64,000 nucleotides of DNA from contig JAWDMB010000001.1 of NCBI GenBank assembly GCA_046536795.1, positions 10,449-74,448 on the forward strand, read 5' to 3'. The stretch comes from Candidatus Micrarchaeota archaeon. GTDB taxonomy: Archaea; Micrarchaeota; Micrarchaeia; Micrarchaeales; CABMGC01. Both the position numbers and the translations under genes were made by a program. Below are positions 17,421 to 28,329 of this stretch, one piece after another. The notes under the pieces are model-generated. The model saw only the letters and a list, made by a program, of their open reading frames with translations, was not told the origin of the DNA and did not search any database. Positions within the stretch are counted from its first letter, which is position 1. Each line of letters opens with the position of its first letter.

Positions 17421-19133
17421 GTGGAAAGCGTTGCTATAAGAATAGGTGGAGCAAACGGCGATGGAATAGATTCTGCGGGGCTTATGCTAGCAAAAATATT
17501 CAAAAGAATAGGCTATGATATATTTGCATTTAGAGGCTACCAGTCTGTAATAAGAGGAGGCGTAGTATGGTACCAGGTAAGAATATCTAATGAAAAGCTA
17601 TACAGCTATGGAAATGAGATTGATCTGCTTATAGCATTATCACGAGAAGCAGTTCAACAGAGCAGCGCACTTGTCAAAGAGAATGGCATTCTTGTTTATG
17701 ATTCAAGCATAGGAAATGTAGCTACAAAGCAGGGCATAAAGCTCATGCCTATTCCATTAACTGAACTAGCAATAAAGGCTGGCGGCTCTCTATATAGAAA
17801 TGTAGTTTCAATTGGTATAGCTTGCAAGATTCTAGGGCTTAGTGGCGAAGCTGCAAAAGATGTTTTAAGCTCTAGATTCAAGAACAAGCCTGATGTACTT
17901 GAAAGCAACTTAAAGGCTTTTGAGCTAGGCTACAATGCTGTTGAGCCTTTGATTAAAGCACCGCAGCCTGGAAAAGGTGCTAAATACTTGCTTAGCGGCA
18001 ATAACGCTCTTGCAATTGGAGCCTATGCTGCTGGCTGCAAGTTTTATGCTGCATACCCTATGACTCCAGCAAGCAGCATAATGGAGTGGTTCGCAAACCA
18101 TGAAGAGCTTGGTGTGTTTTTCAAACAAACAGAAGATGAAATAGCAGCAATAAACATGACTATAGGCGCCGCAAGTGCTGGTGTTAGAGCTATGTGTGGC
18201 ACAAGCGGCGGCGGTTTCTCGCTAATGGTAGAAGCATTAGGCCTTGCTGGCATGATAGAAGTGCCTATAGTAGTTGTCGAATCACAGCGAGCAGGGCCAA
18301 GCACAGGCTTGCCTACTAAAACTGAGCAAGGTGATTTGCTCTTTGTAATGCATGCTTCACAAGGTGATTTTCCAAGAATAGTTATCGCTCCAAGAAGTGT
18401 TGAGGAATGTTTTTATGTTGGAGCAAATGCATTTAACCTTGCTGAGAAATATCAGTGCCCTGTAATAATATTGCTTGATCTCTTCTTATCTGAGCATGTT
18501 GAGAGCGTTGATATAGATCCAAGCAAAATAAGCATAGACCGTGGAAAAATACAGAAAGAGCCTGTCAAAGACTTTAAGCGCTATCAGATAACAGACGACG
18601 GCATTTCGCCAAGGTCTTTGCCTGGAACAAAAGGCCTTGCTTTTGTTGCTGCAAGCGATGAACATGATGAGTATGGCAACCTTATAAGCGATGTGCTCGT
18701 GGGCTTGCCTGAATATGCTGAGCTTAGGAAAAAGATGCATGAGAAAAGGTTAAGAAAGCTTGAAACAATGATTAAAAATAATGATATTGAAATGCCTATG
18801 GTTTTGAATGAGAATGCTGATATATTCATAGTAACCTTTGGCTCAACTACAGAAAGCTCAATAGAAGCTATTTCTTTGCTAAAAGAGCGAGGCATAAATG
18901 CGGGGCTTATTGCATTTTCTTATCTGCACCCAATGAAAAGCGAAGAGGTGAAGAAGCTTCTGAGTGGCAAAAGGCTCGTTGATGTTGAGTGCAATGCAAC
19001 AGGCCAGCTTGCAAAGCTCATAGCAATGAATACAGGCATTATAATAAAGGACAAGGTGCTAAGGTATGATGGCGAAGCTATAACAAGCAAGGAAATAGCC
19101 GATGGTGTTGAAAAATACTTTAGGGGTGTTTAA
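17421..19133 (+). CDS. korA: 2-oxoacid:ferredoxin oxidoreductase, fused gamma-alpha subunit
   Basis: IGGANGDGIDSAG (gamma-like N-terminus), GNNALAIGAYAAGCKFYAAYPMTPAS, ESQRAGPSTGLPTKTEQGDL. GTG start. Confidence 0.85.
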   Translation: MESVAIRIGGANGDGIDSAGLMLAKIFKRIGYDIFAFRGYQSVIRGGVVWYQVRISNEKLYSYGNEIDLLIALSREAVQQSSALVKENGILVYDSSIGNVATKQGIKLMPIPLTELAIKAGGSLYRNVVSIGIACKILGLSGEAAKDVLSSRFKNKPDVLESNLKAFELGYNAVEPLIKAPQPGKGAKYLLSGNNALAIGAYAAGCKFYAAYPMTPASSIMEWFANHEELGVFFKQTEDEIAAINMTIGAASAGVRAMCGTSGGGFSLMVEALGLAGMIEVPIVVVESQRAGPSTGLPTKTEQGDLLFVMHASQGDFPRIVIAPRSVEECFYVGANAFNLAEKYQCPVIILLDLFLSEHVESVDIDPSKISIDRGKIQKEPVKDFKRYQITDDGISPRSLPGTKGLAFVAASDEHDEYGNLISDVLVGLPEYAELRKKMHEKRLRKLETMIKNNDIEMPMVLNENADIFIVTFGSTTESSIEAISLLKERGINAGLIAFSYLHPMKSEEVKKLLSGKRLVDVECNATGQLAKLIAMNTGIIIKDKVLRYDGEAITSKEIADGVEKYFRGV

Positions 19134-20003
19134 ATGCTAACACAACAAGATTATAGATCAAATATAAAGCCGATATTCTGCCCTGGCTGCGGCGACTATG
19201 GCGTGCTTGCCGCATTAACAAAGGCCATGGCAGATCTGCAACTAGATCCAGATAATACCGTGCTTGTCTCTGGTATAGGCTGCAGCTCTAGTATAGCGCA
19301 TGACTTAAAGGTATATGGTATACACGGCATACATGGTAGGCTACTTCCTATAGCTGAAGGCGTTAAATTTGCAAACAAGAATCTAACAGTCATTGGTGCG
19401 GGCGGCGATGGCGATGGCTACGGCATAGGCTTAAATCATTTTATACATGCGATAAGAAGGAATGTTGATATAACATACATAGTCATGAATAATGAGATTT
19501 ATGGCTTAACAACAGGCCAGGCATCGCCAACAAGCATTCTAGGCCATAAGACAAAGACAAGCCCATATGGTGTTATTGAAAGGCCAGTTAATCCTATAGC
19601 GCTAGCACTTGCCGCTGGAGCAACATATGTAGCTAGAGGCTTCTCTGGTGATCCAAACCACTTGGCAATGCTTATAGAAAATGGTATAAAGCACAAAGGC
19701 TTCGCGCTTATCGATGTTCTGAGCCCGTGCGTTAGCTTCAACACGCTAAATACATATGACTGGTTCAGAAAAAGGATCTACAAGCTTGAAGATGCTGGCC
19801 ACGATCCAAGCAATTTTGAAAAAGCTATGCAAAAGGCTATTGAGTTTGATCTAGACAATAATAAAATGCCTATAGGCTTGTTCTATAAAAAGGATCTAGC
19901 AACATATGAAGATCTTGATGTTGCTGAGAAGAAAGGGGCTATTGTAGATGAGCCTTTCCCAAGCAAGGAAGATGTAGCAAGAGTATTGGAAGAGAATGCT
20001 TAG
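19134..20003 (+). CDS. korB: 2-oxoacid:ferredoxin oxidoreductase, beta (TPP-binding) subunit
   Basis: FCPGCGDYG, SGIGCSS, GGDGDGYGIGLNH, VMNNEIYGLTTGQ. The start abuts the korA stop. Confidence 0.9.
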   Translation: MLTQQDYRSNIKPIFCPGCGDYGVLAALTKAMADLQLDPDNTVLVSGIGCSSSIAHDLKVYGIHGIHGRLLPIAEGVKFANKNLTVIGAGGDGDGYGIGLNHFIHAIRRNVDITYIVMNNEIYGLTTGQASPTSILGHKTKTSPYGVIERPVNPIALALAAGATYVARGFSGDPNHLAMLIENGIKHKGFALIDVLSPCVSFNTLNTYDWFRKRIYKLEDAGHDPSNFEKAMQKAIEFDLDNNKMPIGLFYKKDLATYEDLDVAEKKGAIVDEPFPSKEDVARVLEENA

Positions 20004-21224
20004 CTAGAAGAATGGTGTTTCTTTTATCGCCTTAACCTCATCTGCATTTAGCCTGTATTTGCTTTCAAAGAAGTCTAAAACCTTTTCCTCACCATATTCT
20101 TTGCTTGCTTTATCTATCATGAGCTTAAGCATGGGCAGGTATTCGCTTATTATGTAGCGCCTGTGCGTATGCAGCAGATAAAGCAGCTTCTGTGCTATAA
20201 CTGTTCTTACCTCTCTTTCCTTCTTTGTACTGCTCATAAACTTTATCTTTACAGGAAATGAATAGTTCTTTATTAAGCTTATATTGCCATCATTTGCAAG
20301 GCTAATGCCAGCAATAAGTTCTTTGCTATATCTTAGGTATGCATAGTAGCTTGTCCTTCCAGCCTTTTCCTCAAAGAAGCTTGCCCTTGAAAGATATAGA
20401 TATGCTTCATTTATACTCTCTTTTGATTTATACCTTACAGGTATATTTTCATCAACCCAGTTTATTAGCATATCAAGTTCTGTATCACTATTATCTATAG
20501 CACGCCTTGCCTGAACAGCATTTCTTGAAGTGAATATTTTATCAAGCACAGTAAAAATTTCCATCTGCCTATCCCTAATGCCAAGTACTTCCATTTCATC
20601 AGGCTTGCCAGCAAGAAGGAATTCTAGATCGTTTATTGCACCTCTTAAGTCGCCACTGCTCCTGTTCGCAAGGGCAAGCAATACATCGTCGCTTACCTTT
20701 GCCTTTTCCTTTTCTGCTATTTTCTTCAAAACCTTGAATATCTCTTCTGGGCTTAGCCTTCTAAACTCTACAGGCTCTACTTTGCCACGTAGAAAAGCTA
20801 TCTTTCTATCCCAGTAATCGTTTGCTATAAATATTATTGGGTGCTTTGATACGCGGATTAGCTCTGTTATCGCCGCTTCTGCACCCGAATCAAACTTTGT
20901 TGAAAGCTCATCTATCTCGTCAAGCAATATAAGGAATTTTGTCTTGAATAAGCCTGTAGATGTGCTCGCAGGCAAAAGGACCTTTTCAAGCTTAGCCTTG
21001 TCTCTATAGTCGCTTGCATTTAATTCGATAAGCTCAAGGCCATTAGAATAAGCAAGTGCATGAGCTGCTGTTGTCTTGCCTGTACCTGGCGGACCATAAA
21101 GAAGTAGCGGCTTGCTATACTTACCATTCTGCACATCTATCGCAAACTGCATAAGCTTGGCAACAGCCTCGCTATTGCCAGCAATGCCATTAAGAGAATA
21201 TGGGGCATATTTTTCGCAGAGCAT
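20004..21224 (-). CDS. rfcL: replication factor C large subunit
   Basis: EKYAP..L..IAGN, LLLYGPPGTGKTTAAHALA, ILLDEIDEL, SGDLRGAINDLE. Confidence 0.85.
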   Translation of the reverse strand: MLCEKYAPYSLNGIAGNSEAVAKLMQFAIDVQNGKYSKPLLLYGPPGTGKTTAAHALAYSNGLELIELNASDYRDKAKLEKVLLPASTSTGLFKTKFLILLDEIDELSTKFDSGAEAAITELIRVSKHPIIFIANDYWDRKIAFLRGKVEPVEFRRLSPEEIFKVLKKIAEKEKAKVSDDVLLALANRSSGDLRGAINDLEFLLAGKPDEMEVLGIRDRQMEIFTVLDKIFTSRNAVQARRAIDNSDTELDMLINWVDENIPVRYKSKESINEAYLYLSRASFFEEKAGRTSYYAYLRYSKELIAGISLANDGNISLIKNYSFPVKIKFMSSTKKEREVRTVIAQKLLYLLHTHRRYIISEYLPMLKLMIDKASKEYGEEKVLDFFESKYRLNADEVKAIKETPFF

Positions 21225-21310
21225 TCAATCAGTATTATAGCCTTATGCAGATAAATTATAAGTGTTTATCTTTCCAAAAAAGCTTTTAAGGATAAAGCTT
21301 AATATTAACT

Positions 21311-21385
21311 GCTCTGGTCGTCTAGTCCGGTCAAGGACACAGGCCTCTCGAGTCTGTAACCCGGGTTCAAATCCCGGCCAGAGCA
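21311..21385 (+). tRNA. tRNA-Glu (anticodon CUC), no intron
   Basis: Hand fold: acceptor GCTCTGG/CCAGAGC, D stem GTCT/GGAC, anticodon stem CAGGC/GTCTG with loop CTCTCGA, T arm CCGGG-TTCAAAT-CCCGG, discriminator A. Confidence 0.85.
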
Positions 21386-21413
21386 CTCAAATAAAGGTTT
21401 TAATCTCAAGTGG

Positions 21414-21707
21414 CTATGCAAGCCTCTTAATTATGTGGTAGCCAAACCTTGTTTTTACTATTCCTGATATCTCTCCAGGCTTAAGGCTGAAAGCCGCATC
21501 CTCAAACTCCTTTACCATCACGCCTCTGCCGAAATAGCCTAAATCGCCGCCGCGCTTTCTTGAGCTGTCTATTGAGTATTCTTGCGCCAGTTTAGAAAAG
21601 CTTTCTCCATTCTTAAGCTTTTCAAGCACCTCTTTTGCCTTTGATTCTTTATCTACCAGTATATGCGCACATCTTATCTTTTCGGCCATAAAACCACTAA
21701 TTTGCAA
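21414..21707 (-). CDS. parvulin-type peptidyl-prolyl cis-trans isomerase
   Basis: [71 protein letters not shown]. Confidence 0.85.
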   Translation of the reverse strand: MQISGFMAEKIRCAHILVDKESKAKEVLEKLKNGESFSKLAQEYSIDSSRKRGGDLGYFGRGVMVKEFEDAAFSLKPGEISGIVKTRFGYHIIKRLA

Positions 21708-21749
21708 ATGCCCAAATGCATATTTATTTCTTTTTATCTTTTTGCTTTG

Positions 21750-22826
<1,077 letters not shown>

Positions 22827-22991
22827 TTACCTATTATTCAACACCAATTGCTAAATTTATTTCAAAAAGATTTATGGAATCTTGCTTTTCTTTACCCCCT
22901 AAATGCTACTTGATATAAATCTTAAGATGGTGTGTAAGTGCTATACCAGTTGCTAAATGCCATTATTTTCTTTGAAAGTTTCTAGACTAGA

Positions 22992-23834
22992 TTATTTGTA
23001 TGCAAGTACACCCTCATAACTTTTTAGGGCCTTTCTGAACCCCGCAGCATAGAGCCTTTTAATCACACCTTTTGTATAATCCACCTTATATTCTTTTGGA
23101 GCTCTTCCCCCACCTACAAAATGGTATAAAACACCGCCGCGTTCAAGGACACGATAAAGCTCTTTGTAAAATGCAAGTGAGTAGAGATCACCATTGATTT
23201 TGATATTTGGTGGATCATGCAATATAAATGAAAACTTTTCTTCAGAAAACTTCTTTATTGTGGGAATTATATCTGCATTATGTATCAATATTTTGTTACT
23301 GCTAAAGGCTTCCCTGGACCATGGGTTTACTTTAGCAATTTCAAGCACCGCTTTTGATATCTCATAGGTATAGACTTTATCGGCACCAGCATTTTTAAGC
23401 TCTATTGCAGTATACCCTAGACCGAAGCAGGTATCAAGGACCTCTCCGCTAATCTCGCCAAATAGTTTTACTTTATTCTTTACATCTTCTACCGGATTTG
23501 AGACAGAAATAGTGTGCATAACGCTACCATTAATCCATAATGTCGGCGGGTAATCTATGTGCGGTTCGTATAGCTTGTAAACTGTTTGATTTTCAAAAAT
23601 ATAAATAAAGTAGAGGGAATTCTTTTCAACTAAGAAACAATCGTTTTCATTTCTTTTATTGGCTTTCTTAATAGTATTTATATCTAATTCTTGTCCATCT
23701 GGAAAGATTACGTGCTCACCCTCCCATGTTATTTTACTTTTGCTTATGCCGAGATCTAAACTTATATCAAAAGTTTCATTCTGGTGCTTTAAAATTTCGG
23801 AGAGATGAAAACCAGATAATACAAACTTATTCAT
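22992..23834 (-). CDS. class I SAM-dependent methyltransferase, substrate unknown
   Basis: VLDTCFGLGYTAIEL (motif I) and FILHDPPN (DPPx motif IV-like). AAA/TTT-rich codon usage. Lies 208 nt from tRNA-Ser. Confidence 0.55.
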   Translation of the reverse strand: MNKFVLSGFHLSEILKHQNETFDISLDLGISKSKITWEGEHVIFPDGQELDINTIKKANKRNENDCFLVEKNSLYFIYIFENQTVYKLYEPHIDYPPTLWINGSVMHTISVSNPVEDVKNKVKLFGEISGEVLDTCFGLGYTAIELKNAGADKVYTYEISKAVLEIAKVNPWSREAFSSNKILIHNADIIPTIKKFSEEKFSFILHDPPNIKINGDLYSLAFYKELYRVLERGGVLYHFVGGGRAPKEYKVDYTKGVIKRLYAAGFRKALKSYEGVLAYK

Positions 23835-24042
23835 CTAATCTCCAATGATTTTTTGGCGACTAATATACAATTATACGAGATTTGAATTTATATAACCTGC
23901 AGTAAGATAAGTTACGAAGAAACAGCTAGGCTTGTTGAAGATGCATCACGCCATATTTTTACGTGACACTATTTGCATTTATGCCTTCTCTAGAGCCTAA
24001 TGGCAATAAAATAAAAATGTATTCTTATAAATTTAAATTTGT

Positions 24043-24167
24043 GCCAGGGTGGCAGAATCCGGTAATGCGCCGGTCTTGAGCTTGCAAAGCTTCAAGAGCT
24101 GATTAGTGATGCAACACGCAAACCGGTGCCCTTCGCGGGCTTTAGGGTTCGAATCCCTACCCTGGCG
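24043..24167 (+). tRNA. tRNA-Ser (anticodon UGA), class II, with a 40-nt intron at the canonical 37/38 position
   Basis: Acceptor GCCAGGG/CCCTGGC, discriminator G, anticodon stem CCGGT/ACCGG, loop CT-TGA-G[intron]A, long variable arm TGCCCTTCGCGGGCTT, T arm TAGGG-TTCGAAT-CCCTA. Mature length is 85 nt. Confidence 0.8.
24081..24120 (+). other. tRNA-Ser intron (canonical position)
   Basis: Intron segment AAGCTTCAAGA can pair with the anticodon-loop region TCTTGAGCTT, as expected for a bulge-helix-bulge substrate. Boundaries are inferred from the cloverleaf. Confidence 0.6.
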
Positions 24168-24225
24168 CATAGATAAAAGGTTGGTGAAAAGAAGGCTTTT
24201 AAAAAATTAAGGTGCTAAAATAATT

Positions 24226-24948
24226 ATGCTTCCTGATTCGCTGGAGGCCAATGGCCTATCATATAAAATTGAATATGTTTATACTGATTCAAGAATAGCT
24301 AAGGCTGCTGTTGAAAATAATAAAGTGATAATGAAGCTGCCAAAGCATGCGCCTTTTATAGAGAAAATTAAGGTAGCAAATATACTTAAGGCAAAGGTTG
24401 TAAAAAAGCTACTGAAAGATCCAGATTGGGGAAGGCTTACAATCCCTGACTTCTATGATGGCCAGGTTCTAAAAATATTAGGCAGGGATTATGTAGTGCA
24501 CATAGAGAAAGGCGCAAAGGGTTATAGTAAGCTTATTGGAAATGAGATTTTTCTAAGGATCCCTTTTGACAGAGAAGAAAAAAGGGCAAAGCTTATAGCT
24601 ATGCGCAGGCTTCTTGCAAGGCATATGCTAGAAGAAATTAAGAGAAGAGTAGACGAGATAAACAAGAGGTATTTCAATTTTGAGGTAAGGAAGGTTAACC
24701 TTAGATATGCTAAAAGTAGATGGGGCAGCTGCAACAGGCTTAACCATTCAATAAATATAAATTTACTTGCGCTTTTTGCACCAGATGAGATTTTTGAATA
24801 TATAGTAGTACACGAGCTTGCACATATGAAGGAATCAAATCACTCAGAAAGATTCTGGAACCTTGTAAAAACAGCTTGCCCAGAATATAAAGAAAGAGCA
24901 AGATGGCTCAGAAAAAACGGAAAGAAATTATATTCAGGAATGCTATGA
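24226..24948 (+). CDS. YgjP/DUF45-family (M48-like) zinc metallohydrolase
   Basis: YIVVHELAHMKESNHSERFWNLV (HExxH followed by NHS..FW, the DUF45 signature). Confidence 0.75.
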   Translation: MLPDSLEANGLSYKIEYVYTDSRIAKAAVENNKVIMKLPKHAPFIEKIKVANILKAKVVKKLLKDPDWGRLTIPDFYDGQVLKILGRDYVVHIEKGAKGYSKLIGNEIFLRIPFDREEKRAKLIAMRRLLARHMLEEIKRRVDEINKRYFNFEVRKVNLRYAKSRWGSCNRLNHSININLLALFAPDEIFEYIVVHELAHMKESNHSERFWNLVKTACPEYKERARWLRKNGKKLYSGML

Positions 24949-24952
24949 ATTT

Positions 24953-26083
24953 GTGATTGTTATGGAAATATCAATATCAAAAACAGCAGATATGAAAGGA
25001 CTTTTGGATAATAGAAATGTTATTGCAGTTACACACCTAAAGGATATAGACGGCATAGCAAGCGCTGCTATAGCAATGAATGTTTTTGGTGAAAGGCTAA
25101 GCGGTGTTGTCTTTTCTGATTTTGAAGTTGATGCAATAAAAGAGGCCAACCAAATTTTAAATAAACTAAACCCCAAAAATTCTGTTGTAATATTTGCTGA
25201 CCTAAACTTTAATGACAATGCAATTGAGCTATATGAAGAAACATTTAAAATGCTCAAAGCAAATGGCAATATAATTATATGGCTTGACCACCACACAATT
25301 GCGAGCAATAATGTAAAAGAACTTATTGAAAAATATGCAGATTATATAATAGCTGGAGAAAACAAGAATTATTGCGGTGCTGAACTTGTAGCTGAGCACA
25401 TAGCAAAGCCACTAGGTAAATACGATGAGAAGGTAGCAAAGTTAGCAAAGACGGCACATACTTCGGATTTTGCACTTCATGATGAAGATGATGAAAAACG
25501 CAAAAAACTAAGCTACGCTATAGCAAGCTACCTTGATACGAAAGATTTTCAAGAACTCCAGGAGGGACTGCTTAAAATTGCAAAAGCTGTTGCAAAAGAT
25601 CCAAATAATTATGATAATGATGAATTTATAAAGAAACGTGCAGCTTTCTACGAAGAAAAACAGAGATCACTAAAAGAAGAGCTAGGTAAGAATGCTCATG
25701 TAATAAATTTGAATGATCATACAATAGTGATTGGCTTTAACTTTTCTGGCTCTTTGCAAACAAATGATGGCTGTAATCATTTATTCTCATTAGCTGCAGC
25801 TTCTGGCAAAAAGGCCGATATGGCTTTATACATAAAAGTTGATCGAGGTACAGGCCACATCAGGGTAGCAGATAACTCAAACATAAATTCCGTACCTCTT
25901 GCACAGATTTTTGGTGGTAATGGTCATCCAAAAGCAAGTGCATTTACTATACCAGAAGATTTGCTTAATGAGCTTAGAAATCCAAATATGAGGAAAGAAG
26001 CAGAGCAGAGCTCCATTAAGCGTATAGAAGAAAAATGGAAACCATTATTGGCCAAAAATGATAAAACTGTGGTAAATAGCTAG
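24953..26083 (+). CDS. DHH/DHHA1-family phosphoesterase
   Basis: VTHLKDIDGIASAAI, IIWLDHH, GGNGHPKASAF. GTG start at 24953 (ATG at 24962 is an alternative). Confidence 0.75.
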   Translation: MIVMEISISKTADMKGLLDNRNVIAVTHLKDIDGIASAAIAMNVFGERLSGVVFSDFEVDAIKEANQILNKLNPKNSVVIFADLNFNDNAIELYEETFKMLKANGNIIIWLDHHTIASNNVKELIEKYADYIIAGENKNYCGAELVAEHIAKPLGKYDEKVAKLAKTAHTSDFALHDEDDEKRKKLSYAIASYLDTKDFQELQEGLLKIAKAVAKDPNNYDNDEFIKKRAAFYEEKQRSLKEELGKNAHVINLNDHTIVIGFNFSGSLQTNDGCNHLFSLAAASGKKADMALYIKVDRGTGHIRVADNSNINSVPLAQIFGGNGHPKASAFTIPEDLLNELRNPNMRKEAEQSSIKRIEEKWKPLLAKNDKTVVNS

Positions 26084-26152
26084 AGATGTTAAGCTCACCT
26101 TAACTCATATAGACAAAAGTTTATTTTATATACGTCTTTTAACGATGAGTGC

Positions 26153-26172
26153 CAATTCTTTTAAAAGAATTG
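26153..26172. promoter_or_regulatory. perfect 20-bp palindrome between the DHH gene and the HMG-CoA reductase gene
   Basis: CAATTCTTTTAAAAGAATTG (10+10, no mismatch), about 60 nt upstream of ATG 26231. Confidence 0.3.
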
Positions 26173-26230
26173 AACAATATACTCGTTAGCATGGAAACTG
26201 AAAAAGAGAAAAAAAGAAAGGATCTTAGAG

Positions 26231-27440
26231 ATGCTCAAAAGAGGCGAGATAAAACCATATCAGATAGGGGAGCTTGCAGGCGATGAAAACCTTGCTGCAG
26301 AAATAAGACGTGAATTTTTAGAAATTAAATACTCTATAAAGCTTGAGAACATTTCAGAGCATATAATAGATTTTAACGACGCAAGCAATAGAAATATAGA
26401 GAATGCGATAGGGGCTGTACAAATGCCATTAGGCTTTGTAGAGATTCAAGTCAATGGCGAATATTTGCATGGCTTAAAGCCACTCTTTCTTGCAACTACA
26501 GAAGGAAAGCTTGTTGCAGGCATTAATAGAGGTGCATCTGCGATAAACAAAAGCGGTGGTGCAACAACAAGAATAATAAAGAGTGGCATGACAAGAAGTG
26601 TTATCTTAGAATTTAATTCGGTAAAAGATACGCTCAGCGCTATTTCTTATATAAATTCTGAGGAAGCCAAAGAGGTTATAAACAATGCATTTAAAGAGAA
26701 GAGTAAAAGGTTATCATTGAATAATATTGAGACATTCACAGAAGGTAGATTTTTGTTTATACGCTACTCAGCGGAGACGCAAGCAGCGATGGGCATGAAT
26801 ATGCTTACAATTGCTTCGACATATGCTACAGAGAAGCTTGTAGAAAAGCTAAGAGAAAAAGGTATAGAAGCAAGATTTATTAGTGAGAGCGGCAATATGT
26901 GCACAGATAAAAAACCTTCTTCGATAAACCTAATAGAGGGCCGTGGAATATCGATAGTTGCAGAAGCAATAATTAAAAAAGAGGTTTTAGAAAGCTACTT
27001 TAAAGTAGATGCAAAGAGCATAGGAAAGGCTAAATTATGCAAAGAATCATATAGGCTCTACGCTTGCCGGAGCAGCACATAATGCACATGTAGCAAATGT
27101 ACTTGCAGCAACATTTATCGCTTATGGCCAAGATGTTGCACAGATAGTCGATGGCTCTATGGCAATTGTTGATACAGAAGCGAGAGGAGAAGATCTTTAT
27201 ATTTCTGTTTATATTCCTGCACTTGAAGTAGGCACATATGGTGGTGGCACAGGAAGAAAAACCGCAAAAGAGCTTCTTATTGCTAGTGGAGTTTATGGTG
27301 AAGGTGACGAAAAAGGAGTTAGCAAATATATGCTCGCCGAGTTAATAGCTAGCGGTGTACTTGCTGGCGAGCTCAATCTGCTAGCTGCAGAGGCAGGAAA
27401 AGAGCTATCTTCAGCACATGCTGCACTAAGAAGAGGCTGA
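26231..27440 (+). pseudogene. hmgA: HMG-CoA reductase (class I type) interrupted by a single frameshift near 27020-27024
   Basis: Frame 2 has ENAIGAVQMPLG, ATTEGKLVAG.NRG, QAAMGMNM, SGNMCTDKKPSSINLIEGRG. Homology continues in frame 0 from 27024: ERLNYAKNHIGSTLAGAAHNAHVANVLAATFIAYGQDVAQIV..LEVGTYGGGT..VLAGELNLLAA. Frame 2 ends at TAA 27080. Confidence 0.85.
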
Positions 27441-27458
27441 CTAAACCTTTACAATCTA

Positions 27459-28259
27459 CTATGGCTTAACTACGGTAAAGTAGCCGCTATTGTGCAAAAG
27501 GGCTTCCTTTATTGCTCCCTTCCTGTTACCATTCGTTATTATGCCAATCCCTTTTGTCTTCTTTACCATCTCATGCAAAAGTAGAATCTTTGTATACATG
27601 CCGCCTGTAACATCTATTTTGTGCGAACCGCCTGCGCCTTTTATTACTTCATTTATGTTCTTCGAGCTAACTTCCCTTATTAGCTTTGCATCTTTGTTTA
27701 CCTTTGGATCCTTGTCAAAAATACCATCTACATCTGTTGCAAGTATAAACTTGTTTGCCTTTATTTCTCTGCTTAGCCCTTCAAAAACCGCTTCTGTTGA
27801 AGCTATAGCAACACCTTTCTTTTTGTCTATTACCGCATCGCCATAAACTACAGGAATAAAACCCCTTTCTAATGCTTCCTTTATATGCTCAACGTAGCTG
27901 TTTAATGCACGTTCACCATTCCATACCAAAAAGCTTGAAGGAACGAAAGGAAAGAGGTCTAGGCCAAGCTTTATGCCTTCATTTACAACTATCTCATTCA
28001 GCTTTTGAGCTACTAAATGCGTTATCGTTGTGCCTTTCCTGCTAAACTTGTAAATAAGACCTTCGTTTACTTTATACTTATGTGCGGGAATATGTGGAAA
28101 AGAGCCGCCGCCATGACCTATTATAAGATTGAAATCTTTCTCCTTCTTTGCTTCTTTTATCTCGTTTAACACCCTTCTTATCGTCCCCATCTTTGCTGTA
28201 TAAGGCTTTTCTGTATCTGTTATTACACTTCCCCCAAGCTTTATAAAATATGTTTGCAT
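27459..28259 (-). CDS. ipk: isopentenyl phosphate kinase
   Basis: FIKLGGSVITDT, IIGHGGGSFPH, ATDVDGIFDKDP, DVTGGM (amino-acid-kinase fold with IPK-type motifs). Confidence 0.85.
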   Translation of the reverse strand: MQTYFIKLGGSVITDTEKPYTAKMGTIRRVLNEIKEAKKEKDFNLIIGHGGGSFPHIPAHKYKVNEGLIYKFSRKGTTITHLVAQKLNEIVVNEGIKLGLDLFPFVPSSFLVWNGERALNSYVEHIKEALERGFIPVVYGDAVIDKKKGVAIASTEAVFEGLSREIKANKFILATDVDGIFDKDPKVNKDAKLIREVSSKNINEVIKGAGGSHKIDVTGGMYTKILLLHEMVKKTKGIGIITNGNRKGAIKEALLHNSGYFTVVKP

Positions 28260-28329
28260 AACCTCACTTCTGATTTGATATTATTAGTATATCTTTAAAA
28301 GTTTTTCATAAATTAGACAAAAAAACAAT

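Noticed and set aside
22845-22958. Direct repeat CA(A/G)TTGCTAAAT at 22845-22856 and 22947-22958, between sua5 and the methyltransferase gene. I considered it as possible att-like repeats.
   Set aside because: It is only 11 of 12 nt in AT-rich DNA and encloses no gene, which is compatible with chance.
26191-26230. Upstream ATG (26191) in another frame, followed by an A7 run (GAGAAAAAAAGAAAG). This could indicate a second frameshift at the 5' end of hmgA.
   Set aside because: The peptide METEKEKKRKDLRD is not conserved HMGR sequence as far as I can tell. ATG 26231 gives a plausible N-terminus, so there is no positive evidence for a second lesion.
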